In this document: positions 50,083 through 59,500 of the stretch, in pieces | Position numbering within the stretch: position 1 is the stretch's first letter | How the letters are laid out: every line of letters starts with the position of its first letter | Source: Leptospira biflexa | GTDB lineage: Bacteria > Spirochaetota > Leptospiria > Turneriellales > DYLW01 | Assembly (NCBI GenBank): GCA_020720785.1 | Contig: DYOA01000009.1 | Location: 844 to 64,843 of the forward strand | Reading direction: 5' to 3' | DNA: 64,000 nucleotides | The notes under the pieces: model-generated | Seen by the model: the letters and a program-made list of their open reading frames with translations, nothing else | What the model was told of the DNA's origin: nothing | Databases searched by the model: none | Translations under genes and position numbers: made by a program

Positions 50083-52083
50083 TTATCCCATTTCCGGGTG
50101 TCTGGTTTTTATTATATGTTGCATATAAGATGCACCCCTGTTATCCGGTTCCAGAGATAGAATTTCTGATACCATAGTGGCAGATCTATGAAATTTTTTC
50201 AATCTGTAGTAACATTCCGATAGATTTAACAGGTTTTTTATCAGACCCGGTTCACGCAGACGGATTCTCTCACCAACGTCCACGGCTTTTGTATATTCCT
50301 TCATTTTTCTAAGGGAGTAGCAGAGCATATACATCAACTTTATATGGTTTGGCATTTCCTGGCAGCATGCCAAACCATAGTGGGCGGAATTTGCATAATC
50401 CCGGATTTTAAAATTCAATTTGAAAAGCTCACGGGATATTCTGGTCTGCATTTTCTTCTCTTTGGGGATGGTCTCAAGAAGGGCAATGGCTTCTCTGGGT
50501 TTATCTGATCTCTCCAGTATCTGGGCTTTCGCAAGAAGAATTCCGGTTTGTTCATCCAACGGTTCACCCGGATTTCCGGTGTATTCAATCCGCATCAGGG
50601 ATAAATCGTCGGTTAATTCACCACATCTTTTTATTTCATCCGCAATTTCCTTCAGTCCACCTCCCGCTTTCTCTACGGATCGTAAAATCATGGTTTTATC
50701 TTCATTGATGATTCTGTCACCCTCCTCGGAGACCCCTGTTTTAATATCGTCTCTTCCATCACTTCCCATAATAATAACATCTTTTTCCCTTAAATGAATG
50801 GTCTGAATAATTACTTTTCTATTCAACAAAACACTGCCCAATTTCCTGGAGATAAATTTGCTATCCACAAATCCCGCCGTCCCATCCCGATACAATATAA
50901 TGGACGGATGTTCCGCATTTATGAAATACATAAAGCCATTTTTATCATCAATCAGACCAAAGATCGCACTTGCCAGCATGGAGCCATCAAAGCTCTCAAA
51001 TATGGAATGCATTTCAATAAAAACATTTTTCAGCCAGCGTTCCGGTGACTGCCCATTGCCCTCCGGAGAGAATTTATTTCTTTCTATAATCGCTTTGAAT
51101 GCGGCTCCCAGAACCAGTGCACCTCCTGCTCCCTGGAGAGACTTCCCCATTGCGTCCGCGTTGACAAAAATTATATAATTGCGGTTATTTAATTGAATAT
51201 TGTCGGTGATACAGATATCTCCGCCAATATCTTTTTCCCATCGTTTGAATGTAAATTTCTTTTTTTGTTCCACCAGAAAATCAATTTTGATATTCTCGCT
51301 TTTTGCCCGATTTGCCCCCAGAGGTGTTAATATCAGGGATGTCAGAAAATAATCCCCGTCCTGCTGGTTTTTTAATATTTCAATCTGTTCCAGGGCTTTT
51401 TTTTCCGAAGATGCGGTTTCAATTTTTTCAATGGCATGGGGGATTGCTTTCAAAACCTGGTCGATGGTGCCGGATTCAAAAAAAAGCATCAGAATGGACA
51501 CCAGAAAATAGGTGAATATTACAATGACCAGATTTGTGATGAACTTTGGATCCTGAAAAACCCATCCTGTTTGATAAACATAGTCAAAGCCAATCCGGTA
51601 AACTGCCCAGAATATGTTGAGGATAAAAAGCGTAAACATAACCGCACCAAACCAGCGATTGATGATCAGGCTCACAGAAATCAAAACTGGTATCCCAATC
51701 CATGCGTCAAATAAAATGGCCAAAGGTGGATTGGAGGATGTGTGGAGCAGGCTCAGAGTGATGATAGATAATAAAATCACCGTTGCGTAAGAAAGAAAAT
51801 GGTGCAGATATGGCGGGATTCCCTTCCTTTTTGTTAGGTAGTATAATTCTGTTATACCGGAAAAAAACATGAAGAGGATGACTGTGGGAAAATATATCCA
51901 ATCTCGTTTGGGGGAATTAAAATTTCCTTTGGAGATAAGCTGGGATGCCGCATTCAGTAAAATAGCAAAACCCACCACAAAGTTTACTGATATCAGTATT
52001 TTGATTTTTGTAAACTGAGATGGTGCAATTAAAATTTTCTTGGCGTCCGCAAGGACATCCGTTTTGCTTGTGTCCATTGTCAT
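50083..52083 (-). CDS. Membrane PP2C/SpoIIE-type phosphatase with C-terminal TPRs
   Basis: Multi-TM N-terminus; QQDGDYFLTSL, IGGD, ADAMGKS, NAEHP, SDGRDD, TDDLSL; TPR tail. Confidence 0.88.
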   Translation of the reverse strand: MTMDTSKTDVLADAKKILIAPSQFTKIKILISVNFVVGFAILLNAASQLISKGNFNSPKRDWIYFPTVILFMFFSGITELYYLTKRKGIPPYLHHFLSYATVILLSIITLSLLHTSSNPPLAILFDAWIGIPVLISVSLIINRWFGAVMFTLFILNIFWAVYRIGFDYVYQTGWVFQDPKFITNLVIVIFTYFLVSILMLFFESGTIDQVLKAIPHAIEKIETASSEKKALEQIEILKNQQDGDYFLTSLILTPLGANRAKSENIKIDFLVEQKKKFTFKRWEKDIGGDICITDNIQLNNRNYIIFVNADAMGKSLQGAGGALVLGAAFKAIIERNKFSPEGNGQSPERWLKNVFIEMHSIFESFDGSMLASAIFGLIDDKNGFMYFINAEHPSIILYRDGTAGFVDSKFISRKLGSVLLNRKVIIQTIHLREKDVIIMGSDGRDDIKTGVSEEGDRIINEDKTMILRSVEKAGGGLKEIADEIKRCGELTDDLSLMRIEYTGNPGEPLDEQTGILLAKAQILERSDKPREAIALLETIPKEKKMQTRISRELFKLNFKIRDYANSAHYGLACCQEMPNHIKLMYMLCYSLRKMKEYTKAVDVGERIRLREPGLIKNLLNLSECYYRLKKFHRSATMVSEILSLEPDNRGASYMQHIIKTRHPEMG

Positions 52084-52340
52084 TCATAATATTCTGAAAC
52101 GATCCATTCGTCAAGAATATTAATTTCATACATAAGTCCGATGGATGAGAGATAAAAATTAGATTTCGTCTAATTATGGTGTTTTTGCAGGGACGACGAT
52201 GTTCTCCTATCAGAACCGGATTGCCGTTCCGGAAAATTGCGATCCATGGGTTATCCCCGCAACCGCATTGAGAGCATAATTATTGCTTGACATTTCTATG
52301 TTCGCTGGTCTAATGTTTTTATCCGTGTTGGCATCGGTGG

Positions 52341-53846
52341 ATGGAAGACATTGAGCCGACCAATGCAGAAAACCAATGGGAGGGGAATATGAGCCTGGAA
52401 CAAATGACAAAATGGATTGATGATCTTCTTGGTTTTGGTCACCGGCGGCCAGGACACAATGCGGGACATAAAACGGAAGCATATCTGGAAAATGAATTCC
52501 GCAAAATGGGACTGAAGGATACCAGACAGGAAAAAATCCCCATTCAAAGCTGGACAGAATCGTCCTGGTCTCTCAAAATCCAGAGTGTTTCCGATAAATG
52601 GGAATCCATACCCTGCCATTATATCCCGTATACTGCGTTTACTGAAAAACCCGTTACGGCAGAGCTCATTTACGCCGGAGAGGGCAAAATTGATGATATT
52701 AAAGGGCTTGATTTTAAAAACAAGATTGTGGTTGTTGAGTTTCCATTTCCCATGCTGGATTCCGGCAAACTGGGCAAGCTGGCCTTATCCAAGATTGACC
52801 CGGGAAATAAATTGCCGGATGGCCCATTGCATGAGGCCACCTGGATACGTCCAGCCTGGCATGTTTACCATAAGGCCGTAGCGGCGGGTGCCACCGGATT
52901 TATTGGTATTCTGACCAGCCAGCCCGGAGGCTTTGATTCCTATTATGCTCCTTATGGATTTAAAGAAGGCGATGGTATTTTGAAAAAGCCATTGCCCGGA
53001 TTTTGGGTGGGACGGGAAGCCGGTGTTGAGCTGAAAAGGCTGGCCAGGGAAAAACGTATGGCACAGATGGAGCTGCGTGGTAAAATTGAGCAAAGCCATA
53101 CGGCCAATATCCTGGGGGTAATCCCCGGCAGGACCAAAGAAACCATTATCATAGCCTCCCACCATGATTCTCCTTTTGAAGGAGCCACGGAAGATGCTTC
53201 CGGGGTATCGGTTGTTTTACAGATAGCAAAATCATTGCTGGAAGAAAAAATCCAGCCGGAAAAGACTCTTTTATTCATGCTCACTGGTGGTCACTTTTAC
53301 GGATCCATTGGTACAAGGTCATTCATACACAGTCACCCGGAGATTCTGGAAAACACCGTAGCGGAAATCCATATTGAGCATATTGCCCTGGCCGCAGCGG
53401 AAAAAAACGGAAAACTGGAGGTACTGGACCAGCCGGAACCCGCAGCACTTTTCACGCCATACAACAGGAAATGTGTGCAACTGGGACGGGAAGTATTTCT
53501 GGAAAATAATCTGGATCCCATTTTTATTTTACCGGCAGAAGGACCATTGGGAAAATTTCCCCCCACGGATGGAGGGGATTTCCATCTGGAAGGGATTCCC
53601 GTTTTCAACTATATTTCCAATCCGGTCTATCTTTTAGTGGATTTTGACAAACGAGACCATATTGCCTTTGACCGATTGGTTCCCACAGCGAAAGCTTTCC
53701 AGTCTCTGGTGCGGAAACTGGATACGGTAAAAAAGGAAGAGCTGAAAACCAAAAGCTTTTTCTTCAAAAGGATTATTGGCAAATTCGCATCCTGGTCCAC
53801 CCGGAATAAGATAAAAAAGCTACACGGGCCTGGCGTGGAGGTGTGA
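52341..53846 (+). CDS. M28 family peptidase with PA domain
   Basis: NILGVIPG, IIASHHDS, GATEDASG; PA insert (AELIYAGEG). Confidence 0.8.
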   Translation: MEDIEPTNAENQWEGNMSLEQMTKWIDDLLGFGHRRPGHNAGHKTEAYLENEFRKMGLKDTRQEKIPIQSWTESSWSLKIQSVSDKWESIPCHYIPYTAFTEKPVTAELIYAGEGKIDDIKGLDFKNKIVVVEFPFPMLDSGKLGKLALSKIDPGNKLPDGPLHEATWIRPAWHVYHKAVAAGATGFIGILTSQPGGFDSYYAPYGFKEGDGILKKPLPGFWVGREAGVELKRLAREKRMAQMELRGKIEQSHTANILGVIPGRTKETIIIASHHDSPFEGATEDASGVSVVLQIAKSLLEEKIQPEKTLLFMLTGGHFYGSIGTRSFIHSHPEILENTVAEIHIEHIALAAAEKNGKLEVLDQPEPAALFTPYNRKCVQLGREVFLENNLDPIFILPAEGPLGKFPPTDGGDFHLEGIPVFNYISNPVYLLVDFDKRDHIAFDRLVPTAKAFQSLVRKLDTVKKEELKTKSFFFKRIIGKFASWSTRNKIKKLHGPGVEV

Positions 53847-53935
53847 AGGCTGCAACCGGGTTCGCAAAAAGAATCTTTTTTTACCCGGAATCATAATTGG
53901 TCTTGACCACTATACCATAAAATGAATAATTCCCT

Positions 53936-55249
53936 ATGATTTATGAACCAATCGACACCACCATTGAAAAACTGGGTGAGGCCACCATCCCATCCCCTGC
54001 CGGCTATGAATACTACACAAAAGATTCTGCCGTGGTACTTTACAAAGCCATCTTTGATAATCCGGAAGAAGTCAATGACTATCACGCCGCCAAACCCACC
54101 TTCTTTGAGCAGGCCGGCCCACGGGAAAAGATTTATTTTGATCCCCAATGGGTCACGGCAGGGATTGTTACCTGCGGTGGGTTAAGCCCAGGGATTAATG
54201 ATGTGGTACGGGCGGTTTTTATGGAATTGCATTATCGTTATAAAGTGGAAAGAGTCTTGGGTTTTAAATATGGCTATGAAGGGCTTACCAGAAAACACGG
54301 CCACAAACCCATTCTGCTCACGCATGAGATCGTTTCCGATATCCATAATGATGGAGGTTCCATTTTATCCAGTTCCCGGGGTGGACAGGATCCGGCGGAA
54401 ATAGTGGATTTTCTCATAGAAAATGGTATTAAAATACTATTCACCATCGGCGGGGACGGAACTCTCAAGGGAACCCGTGCCATCCATGATGAGATTAAGA
54501 AGCGGGGAAAAAAGATTTCTGTCATTGGGATTCCCAAAACCATTGATAACGATATTAATATGATTCAAAAAACCTTTGGTTTTTCCACCGCGTTCAGCAA
54601 GGCACTGGAGGCCATAAAATGTGCCCATGTGGAAGCTACCGGTGCCCCCAATGGGATTGGTATGGTAAAGCTGATGGGTCGCCACTCCGGGTTTATCACC
54701 GTAAATGCCGCTCTTGCATCCAAGGAAGTGAATTTTGTTCTGATTCCGGAGCAGGATTTTGACCTGGAGGGAGAGGGAGCATTTCTTCCCATTTTAAAGC
54801 AGAGAATTCTGAAAAGAAAACATGCATTGATTATTGTCGCGGAAGGGGCAGGACAGAAATTTTTTGAGAACAATGATATGACGGATGCCTCCGGGAATAA
54901 AAAACTGGGCGATATTGGAGTTTTTTTGAAGGCAAAGATCAATGAATATTTCCGCAAGGAAAATATTGCCATCAACCTCAAGTACATTGATCCCAGCTAT
55001 ATGATCCGTTCCGTACCGGCAAACGCAGAGGATTCCGTTTTCTGCGGGTTTCTGGCCCAGAATGCGGTACATGCGGGCATGGCCGGAAAAACCAATATGG
55101 TGGTGGGTATCTGGAATAATGTGTTCACCCATGTTCCCATTGATGTGGCGGTTGCTAAAAGAAAAGTACTGGATCCCAAAGCATCTTATTTATGGCGGGC
55201 AGTTCTTTCCTCCACCGGCCAGCCCAATTCTATGATTGCACGGGAATAG
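53936..55249 (+). CDS. pfkA: ATP-dependent 6-phosphofructokinase (group X type)
   Basis: [13 protein letters not shown] (Gly indicates ATP type), [23 protein letters not shown]. Confidence 0.93.
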   Translation: MIYEPIDTTIEKLGEATIPSPAGYEYYTKDSAVVLYKAIFDNPEEVNDYHAAKPTFFEQAGPREKIYFDPQWVTAGIVTCGGLSPGINDVVRAVFMELHYRYKVERVLGFKYGYEGLTRKHGHKPILLTHEIVSDIHNDGGSILSSSRGGQDPAEIVDFLIENGIKILFTIGGDGTLKGTRAIHDEIKKRGKKISVIGIPKTIDNDINMIQKTFGFSTAFSKALEAIKCAHVEATGAPNGIGMVKLMGRHSGFITVNAALASKEVNFVLIPEQDFDLEGEGAFLPILKQRILKRKHALIIVAEGAGQKFFENNDMTDASGNKKLGDIGVFLKAKINEYFRKENIAINLKYIDPSYMIRSVPANAEDSVFCGFLAQNAVHAGMAGKTNMVVGIWNNVFTHVPIDVAVAKRKVLDPKASYLWRAVLSSTGQPNSMIARE

Positions 55250-55252
55250 AAA

Positions 55253-55900
55253 TCAAAGGGAGTCCAGAATCCGGATGGCCGCCTGCCGGGGGTTGGGATC
55301 TGCCGTAACAGGCCGACCGACGACAATGTAACTGGCACCATTCTCCATGGCCATGCGGGGCGTCACAGTACGCTGCTGGTCATCTCCCAGGGATTCCATG
55401 CGGATTCCGGGGTTTACAATGAGGAAATCCCTTCCAAATTTCTGCCGCAGGGATTTTGTTTCCAGGCCGCTGCATACAATTCCATCTGCTCCATGATCCA
55501 GAGATAGAGACGTCCTTTTTTCCACATCCCCGGCAGTGTTTCCCTCATCGGCCTGGGATGTCAGAACGGTCACATTCAGTACCGCCAAACTGGTCGGGGC
55601 GGAACGCTTGGCTGCCACCACGCCATCCCCGGATGTGAAGAGGGTCATCATGTCCACTCCCAGAGAAGAGAGGGATTTTACCGCGTGTTCCACGGTATTG
55701 GGTATATCATTAATTTTTAAATCAAGAAATATCTTTTTGTGGAAGTCATTTTTCAGGGTGTGCACAATGGCCGGCCCTTCCCGGTAAAAAAGCTGCATCC
55801 CAATTTTATAATAATCAACATAATCCCCCAGCGTGCGGACTGTTTCCATGGCTTCGTTGCCGGAGGGATAATCCAGAGCTATAATCAGTGGTTTTTCCAG
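55253..55900 (-). CDS. pyrF: Orotidine-5'-phosphate decarboxylase (probable CTG start at 55900)
   Basis: KIG, DLKINDIPNT, VTVLTS, PGIR, DQQR, VGRP; conserved IIALD lies upstream of the track ATG at 55849. Confidence 0.92.
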   Translation of the reverse strand: MEKPLIIALDYPSGNEAMETVRTLGDYVDYYKIGMQLFYREGPAIVHTLKNDFHKKIFLDLKINDIPNTVEHAVKSLSSLGVDMMTLFTSGDGVVAAKRSAPTSLAVLNVTVLTSQADEGNTAGDVEKRTSLSLDHGADGIVCSGLETKSLRQKFGRDFLIVNPGIRMESLGDDQQRTVTPRMAMENGASYIVVGRPVTADPNPRQAAIRILDSL

Positions 55901-55901
55901 T

Positions 55902-56369
55902 CTATTCCTCTCCGTCTAAATCGTCGTCATCCTCTTCTTCATCCTCGTCATCCATCATGCTTTCATCCATTCCTTCATAGTTGACGGCGATGATCTTATC
56001 CAGCATAACCACATCAAAAGAGCTTTTTAAGTCCGGATTGGCATCCACCAGACGCAGTCTTCCGCCTTTCTGGACAAGGGATTGGTGGATAATGACAAAC
56101 TGGGAAATCATTTCCGAATTTGCCGAACGGAGTTTTCGGAGGATCAGATCCACATATAAGTCTCTGCCTTCAAAATCATTTATTTCATTATCTAGTATCT
56201 CCAGATAGCGGATGGTGTTAATCAAACCAAGCTGGTTGTCCACCTCTTCAATTTCCACTGTCCATTTCAGGGGATTTTCCTTGTCAATCTGCATAACCGA
56301 ACCTATCCGGACGGTCTGGATGTATACTTCTTTTTGAAACGGCAGGATATTGTGCCCGGTTTTTTCCAT
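55902..56369 (-). CDS. STAS-like protein with acidic C-terminal tail
   Basis: LRSANSEMISQF...GGRLRLVD STAS-like pattern; DDEDEEEDDDDLD tail. Confidence 0.7.
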   Translation of the reverse strand: MEKTGHNILPFQKEVYIQTVRIGSVMQIDKENPLKWTVEIEEVDNQLGLINTIRYLEILDNEINDFEGRDLYVDLILRKLRSANSEMISQFVIIHQSLVQKGGRLRLVDANPDLKSSFDVVMLDKIIAVNYEGMDESMMDDEDEEEDDDDLDGEE

Positions 56370-56450
56370 GAGGTCGATGGCAGACTCATATTTTGGATTT
56401 TCGCTTAAAAAAGAATTTTCCCAAAGATTAGGAAATGATTTCTGGCATAT

Positions 56451-58649
56451 ATGGATGAAATCATGCTGTCAGAGGAAGAGAAAACTCTGCCGGAAGAAAA
56501 TGAGATTCTTTTCCCTCCCTGGTATGAACCCACCGCAGAAGAGAGAGAAGCCCTGGTGGAGGAAACCCTCACCGGAGAGACCTTGGATGCCGTCATTGAG
56601 GCGGGTTTCCAGAGAATAAAAAAATCCCTGCCCGGTTATGAAATGCGGAAAGATCAGATTTCCATGGCAAAGGACATTCTTCGTAGTTTTTACCGTGGCC
56701 ATAATTCCGTAATAGAAGCGGGGACAGGAACCGGCAAATCCTTTGCATATCTGATTGCCGGAACAGCCATATCCTATCTCAAAGCGGGAAGGGTGGTTAT
56801 CTCCACGGAAACCCGTGGCCTGCAGATGCAGCTCTTTGAAAAAGATCTGGAATTTATCCGGAAAAATGTGGACTCATCCCTTCCGTATTCTCTGGCTCTG
56901 GGTTCCTCCAATTACTTATGCCGGCTACGTTATGATGAAGCCATGAGCCGGGGTGCTTTTCTGGATGTGGTGGATTCTTCCGGCATGGAGGAGATTTCCC
57001 GCTGGGCAAAAAACGCATTCTCCGGAAAAAATGATGGGAACTATTTTTTTGCCCCGTTTCCCATTCCGTATTCTTTTTGGTCATCCATTTCCCGGGATTC
57101 CCAGGGATGCCCGGGCCGGAGGTGTTTTCATTATTCATCCTGCAATTATTTCCGGGTGAAAAATTCCTGGGCTCAATCCAGAATCATTGTGGCCAATCAT
57201 CATCTGGTTCTCTATAATTTTATCAATGACAAAGCTACCCTTCCTCCCTATACTGCTCTGGTGCTGGATGAAGGTCATGGATTTCTGGAAACAGCATACC
57301 GTATTTTCACCCTCACCCAGGCAGATGCCAGCCTGGAAGAAAATTCCCGCCTCTATGAAAAAAATATCCAGGCTGCCGGCCATCTGCCGATGGGTGGAGA
57401 AATGGCTGCGGAGTATTCAGAAAAAATAGTGGCCACCAGAAACTCATGGAAGAAAATTTTCCAGCAATGGGAGATTGCCCTTGACCTCAGTTTTTCCGAT
57501 GAGGGAACCAAGTCCATAGAAAAAAACCACTTAAAACTGACCCCCGCACTCAAAGAAGATTATGAAATTGTTATTGAAAATCTACGGGAAATGGAAGAAA
57601 GCATCAACGCTAAACTGGAAGATATTGAGGACTCTGCCACCCTGAACGCACTCATGGGTTTCATGAAATTCTGCCAAAATGCAAGAGAGCTGGTGGAAGC
57701 TTTTTATGAACTGCACTTGCAGAAAAAGGCCAGAAAAAATATCTATTGGGGAACCAAGAAAAAAGGTGTGTTCCATTTGAATACCGTGCCGCTTTCTGTG
57801 GGCGAACCCATCGCCGGGTTTTTGACAGAACCGGTGGTTTTCACCAGTGCCACCCTGGGATTCTGGAGTGCCAGTGGAAAACCCAGGAATGCGGAAGAAA
57901 TGACACAGAAAGGGTATTTTAATCCGCTGGTAAAAGATTACGGAGCCGATTTATTCCACACAAAAAAGATATACCTTTCCGATTTTCCATACCAGAAAAA
58001 TGCCCGAATTTACATTCCCGCAGATATTTTCTCCCCGGTTTTTGGTGCACCCCAAGAAGAACAGAGAGCCTATGAAAAAAAACTCTTTGATAGGATTCTG
58101 GATTTATGTGAGCTTTCCCGGGGTGGGGCTCTGGTGCTGTTCACATCCAATTATCTGCTGGATAAAGCCCATGAATATATGGAAGAAAACTCCGATCTGG
58201 AAATTTACCACCAGCGGATCCACGGCGTGAGCGAGGCCATTTCCCTTTTCCGGGATAATCCCAATTCCGTGCTAATGGGAACCATCTCTTACTGGCAGGG
58301 TATTGATATTTCCGGTTTTGCCCTGCGGCATATTATCATCACCAAGCTGTACTTCAATCCGCCAGATGATCCCATTTTTGCCGCCCGTGCCCGGGAAATG
58401 AAGGAAAAAGGGGAAAGCGATTTTTTTGGGTTGTCGCTGCCCTGGGCGTCCATGCTCCTGCGGCAGGCGGCGGGACGCTTGATCCGCAGCAGAACCGACA
58501 AAGGGGTGATCTCCATTCTGGATGACCGCCTCATCAAGAAAAACTACGGGGAAATACTGCTGAATAACCTGCCGCCGGTGAAAATCCTGAAAAACCTGAA
58601 GGATCTGGAAGCGGAAGCAAAGACCGCATTGCTTTTCAAAGAGGAATAG
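56451..58649 (+). CDS. DinG/YoaA family Fe-S helicase
   Basis: EAGTGTGKS, NYLC...CPGRRC...C, VANHHL, DEGH, TSATL, LFTS, QAAGRLIRS. Confidence 0.92.
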   Translation: MDEIMLSEEEKTLPEENEILFPPWYEPTAEEREALVEETLTGETLDAVIEAGFQRIKKSLPGYEMRKDQISMAKDILRSFYRGHNSVIEAGTGTGKSFAYLIAGTAISYLKAGRVVISTETRGLQMQLFEKDLEFIRKNVDSSLPYSLALGSSNYLCRLRYDEAMSRGAFLDVVDSSGMEEISRWAKNAFSGKNDGNYFFAPFPIPYSFWSSISRDSQGCPGRRCFHYSSCNYFRVKNSWAQSRIIVANHHLVLYNFINDKATLPPYTALVLDEGHGFLETAYRIFTLTQADASLEENSRLYEKNIQAAGHLPMGGEMAAEYSEKIVATRNSWKKIFQQWEIALDLSFSDEGTKSIEKNHLKLTPALKEDYEIVIENLREMEESINAKLEDIEDSATLNALMGFMKFCQNARELVEAFYELHLQKKARKNIYWGTKKKGVFHLNTVPLSVGEPIAGFLTEPVVFTSATLGFWSASGKPRNAEEMTQKGYFNPLVKDYGADLFHTKKIYLSDFPYQKNARIYIPADIFSPVFGAPQEEQRAYEKKLFDRILDLCELSRGGALVLFTSNYLLDKAHEYMEENSDLEIYHQRIHGVSEAISLFRDNPNSVLMGTISYWQGIDISGFALRHIIITKLYFNPPDDPIFAARAREMKEKGESDFFGLSLPWASMLLRQAAGRLIRSRTDKGVISILDDRLIKKNYGEILLNNLPPVKILKNLKDLEAEAKTALLFKEE

Positions 58650-58689
58650 CCCAACCTTCCTTATAATGATCCATTCAATTTTATTCAGG

Positions 58690-58711
58690 AAAACCCCCGG
58701 AAACGCGGGGG
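58690..58711 (-). terminator. Intrinsic terminator after the tRNA cluster
   Basis: CCCCCG-GAAACG-CGGGGG hairpin preceded by AAAA (U-tract on the minus strand). Confidence 0.65.
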
Positions 58712-58728
58712 GACAAGGCAAAACGATG

Positions 58729-58802
58729 GGTGGATGATGGGACTTGAACCCACGACAACAGGAGCCACAATCCTGGACTCTACCAACTGAGCTACATCCA
58801 CC
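58729..58802 (-). tRNA. tRNA-His (GTG), with G-1
   Basis: GGTGGATGTAGCTCAGTTGGTAGAG...TTGTGGC...GGTTCAAGTCCCATCATCCACC cloverleaf. Confidence 0.95.
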
Positions 58803-58808
58803 GTTTCA

Positions 58809-58882
58809 CGCGCCAGAGAGGATTCGAACCTCTGACCTACGGCTTAGAAGGCCGTTGCTCTATCCTACTGAGCTACTGGCGC
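58809..58882 (-). tRNA. tRNA-Arg (TCT)
   Basis: GCGCCAGTAGCTCAGTAGGATAGAGC...CTTCTAA...GGTTCGAATCCTCTCTGGCGCG. Confidence 0.95.
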
Positions 58883-58886
58883 AATT

Positions 58887-58958
58887 TCGGGATGACTGGA
58901 TTTGAACCAGCGACCCTCAGTTCCCAAAACTGATGCGCTACCACTGCGCTACATCCCG
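58887..58958 (-). tRNA. tRNA-Pro (TGG)
   Basis: CGGGATGTAGCGCAGTGGTAGCGC...TCAGT-TTTGGGA-ACTGA...GGTTCAAATCCAGTCATCCCGA. Confidence 0.95.
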
Positions 58959-58989
58959 TGTGATGACAAAATAGAATTGAGACTACACG

Positions 58990-59397
58990 TCAAATCTTTT
59001 GTGGTTTTTTGGCGGGCTGTGCCGGCGGAATTTCCCGGGCCGGGCTCACCACTTCTGCCAGCCGAGTTTCAAAGATTTCCATTTTAAAGTCATCGTCCGG
59101 GAAATCAGATTCAAACATGAAAAGAATATTCTTGCCAATCACCATTTCCCTGGACTGGTTCGCACGGTAAGCATACGCCACAATGGCTTCGCTGGTGCTT
59201 TTAAAATACAGCATCACCAGGGAGCCGGTCGGGAGAACTTCATTATTTCCCACGTCAATGGGCTTTAACGTGACATACTGACCGGAGTATTTCTGGTGCA
59301 GATAAGCAAGCTGGTCTTTTTTTACCATGGGGGAATTGCATTGAAACAAAAGGAGCGATCCCAGGAAAAAAAATGCGGGGAGTATGGTTTTTTTCAT
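58990..59397 (-). CDS. Lipoprotein resembling the spirochaete type II secretion system-associated lipoprotein family
   Basis: Lipobox LFQC; VKKDQL...G.LV.LY..S....SRE..IGK pattern recognised from Leptospira homologues (from memory). Confidence 0.62.
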   Translation of the reverse strand: MKKTILPAFFFLGSLLLFQCNSPMVKKDQLAYLHQKYSGQYVTLKPIDVGNNEVLPTGSLVMLYFKSTSEAIVAYAYRANQSREMVIGKNILFMFESDFPDDDFKMEIFETRLAEVVSPAREIPPAQPAKKPQKI

Positions 59398-59500
59398 TGG
59401 TTTTATAAAAAATATTCCACTTTTTCTGTCAAATACTAATTTTTTTTATGATAAAGATTATTCAAGGGAAAAAATGAAGAATTCTTTTTCATATATATAC

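Noticed and set aside
55921..55965. (TCA/TCG/TCC)n trinucleotide-like repeat
   Set aside because: Simply encodes the acidic Asp/Glu tail of the STAS-like protein
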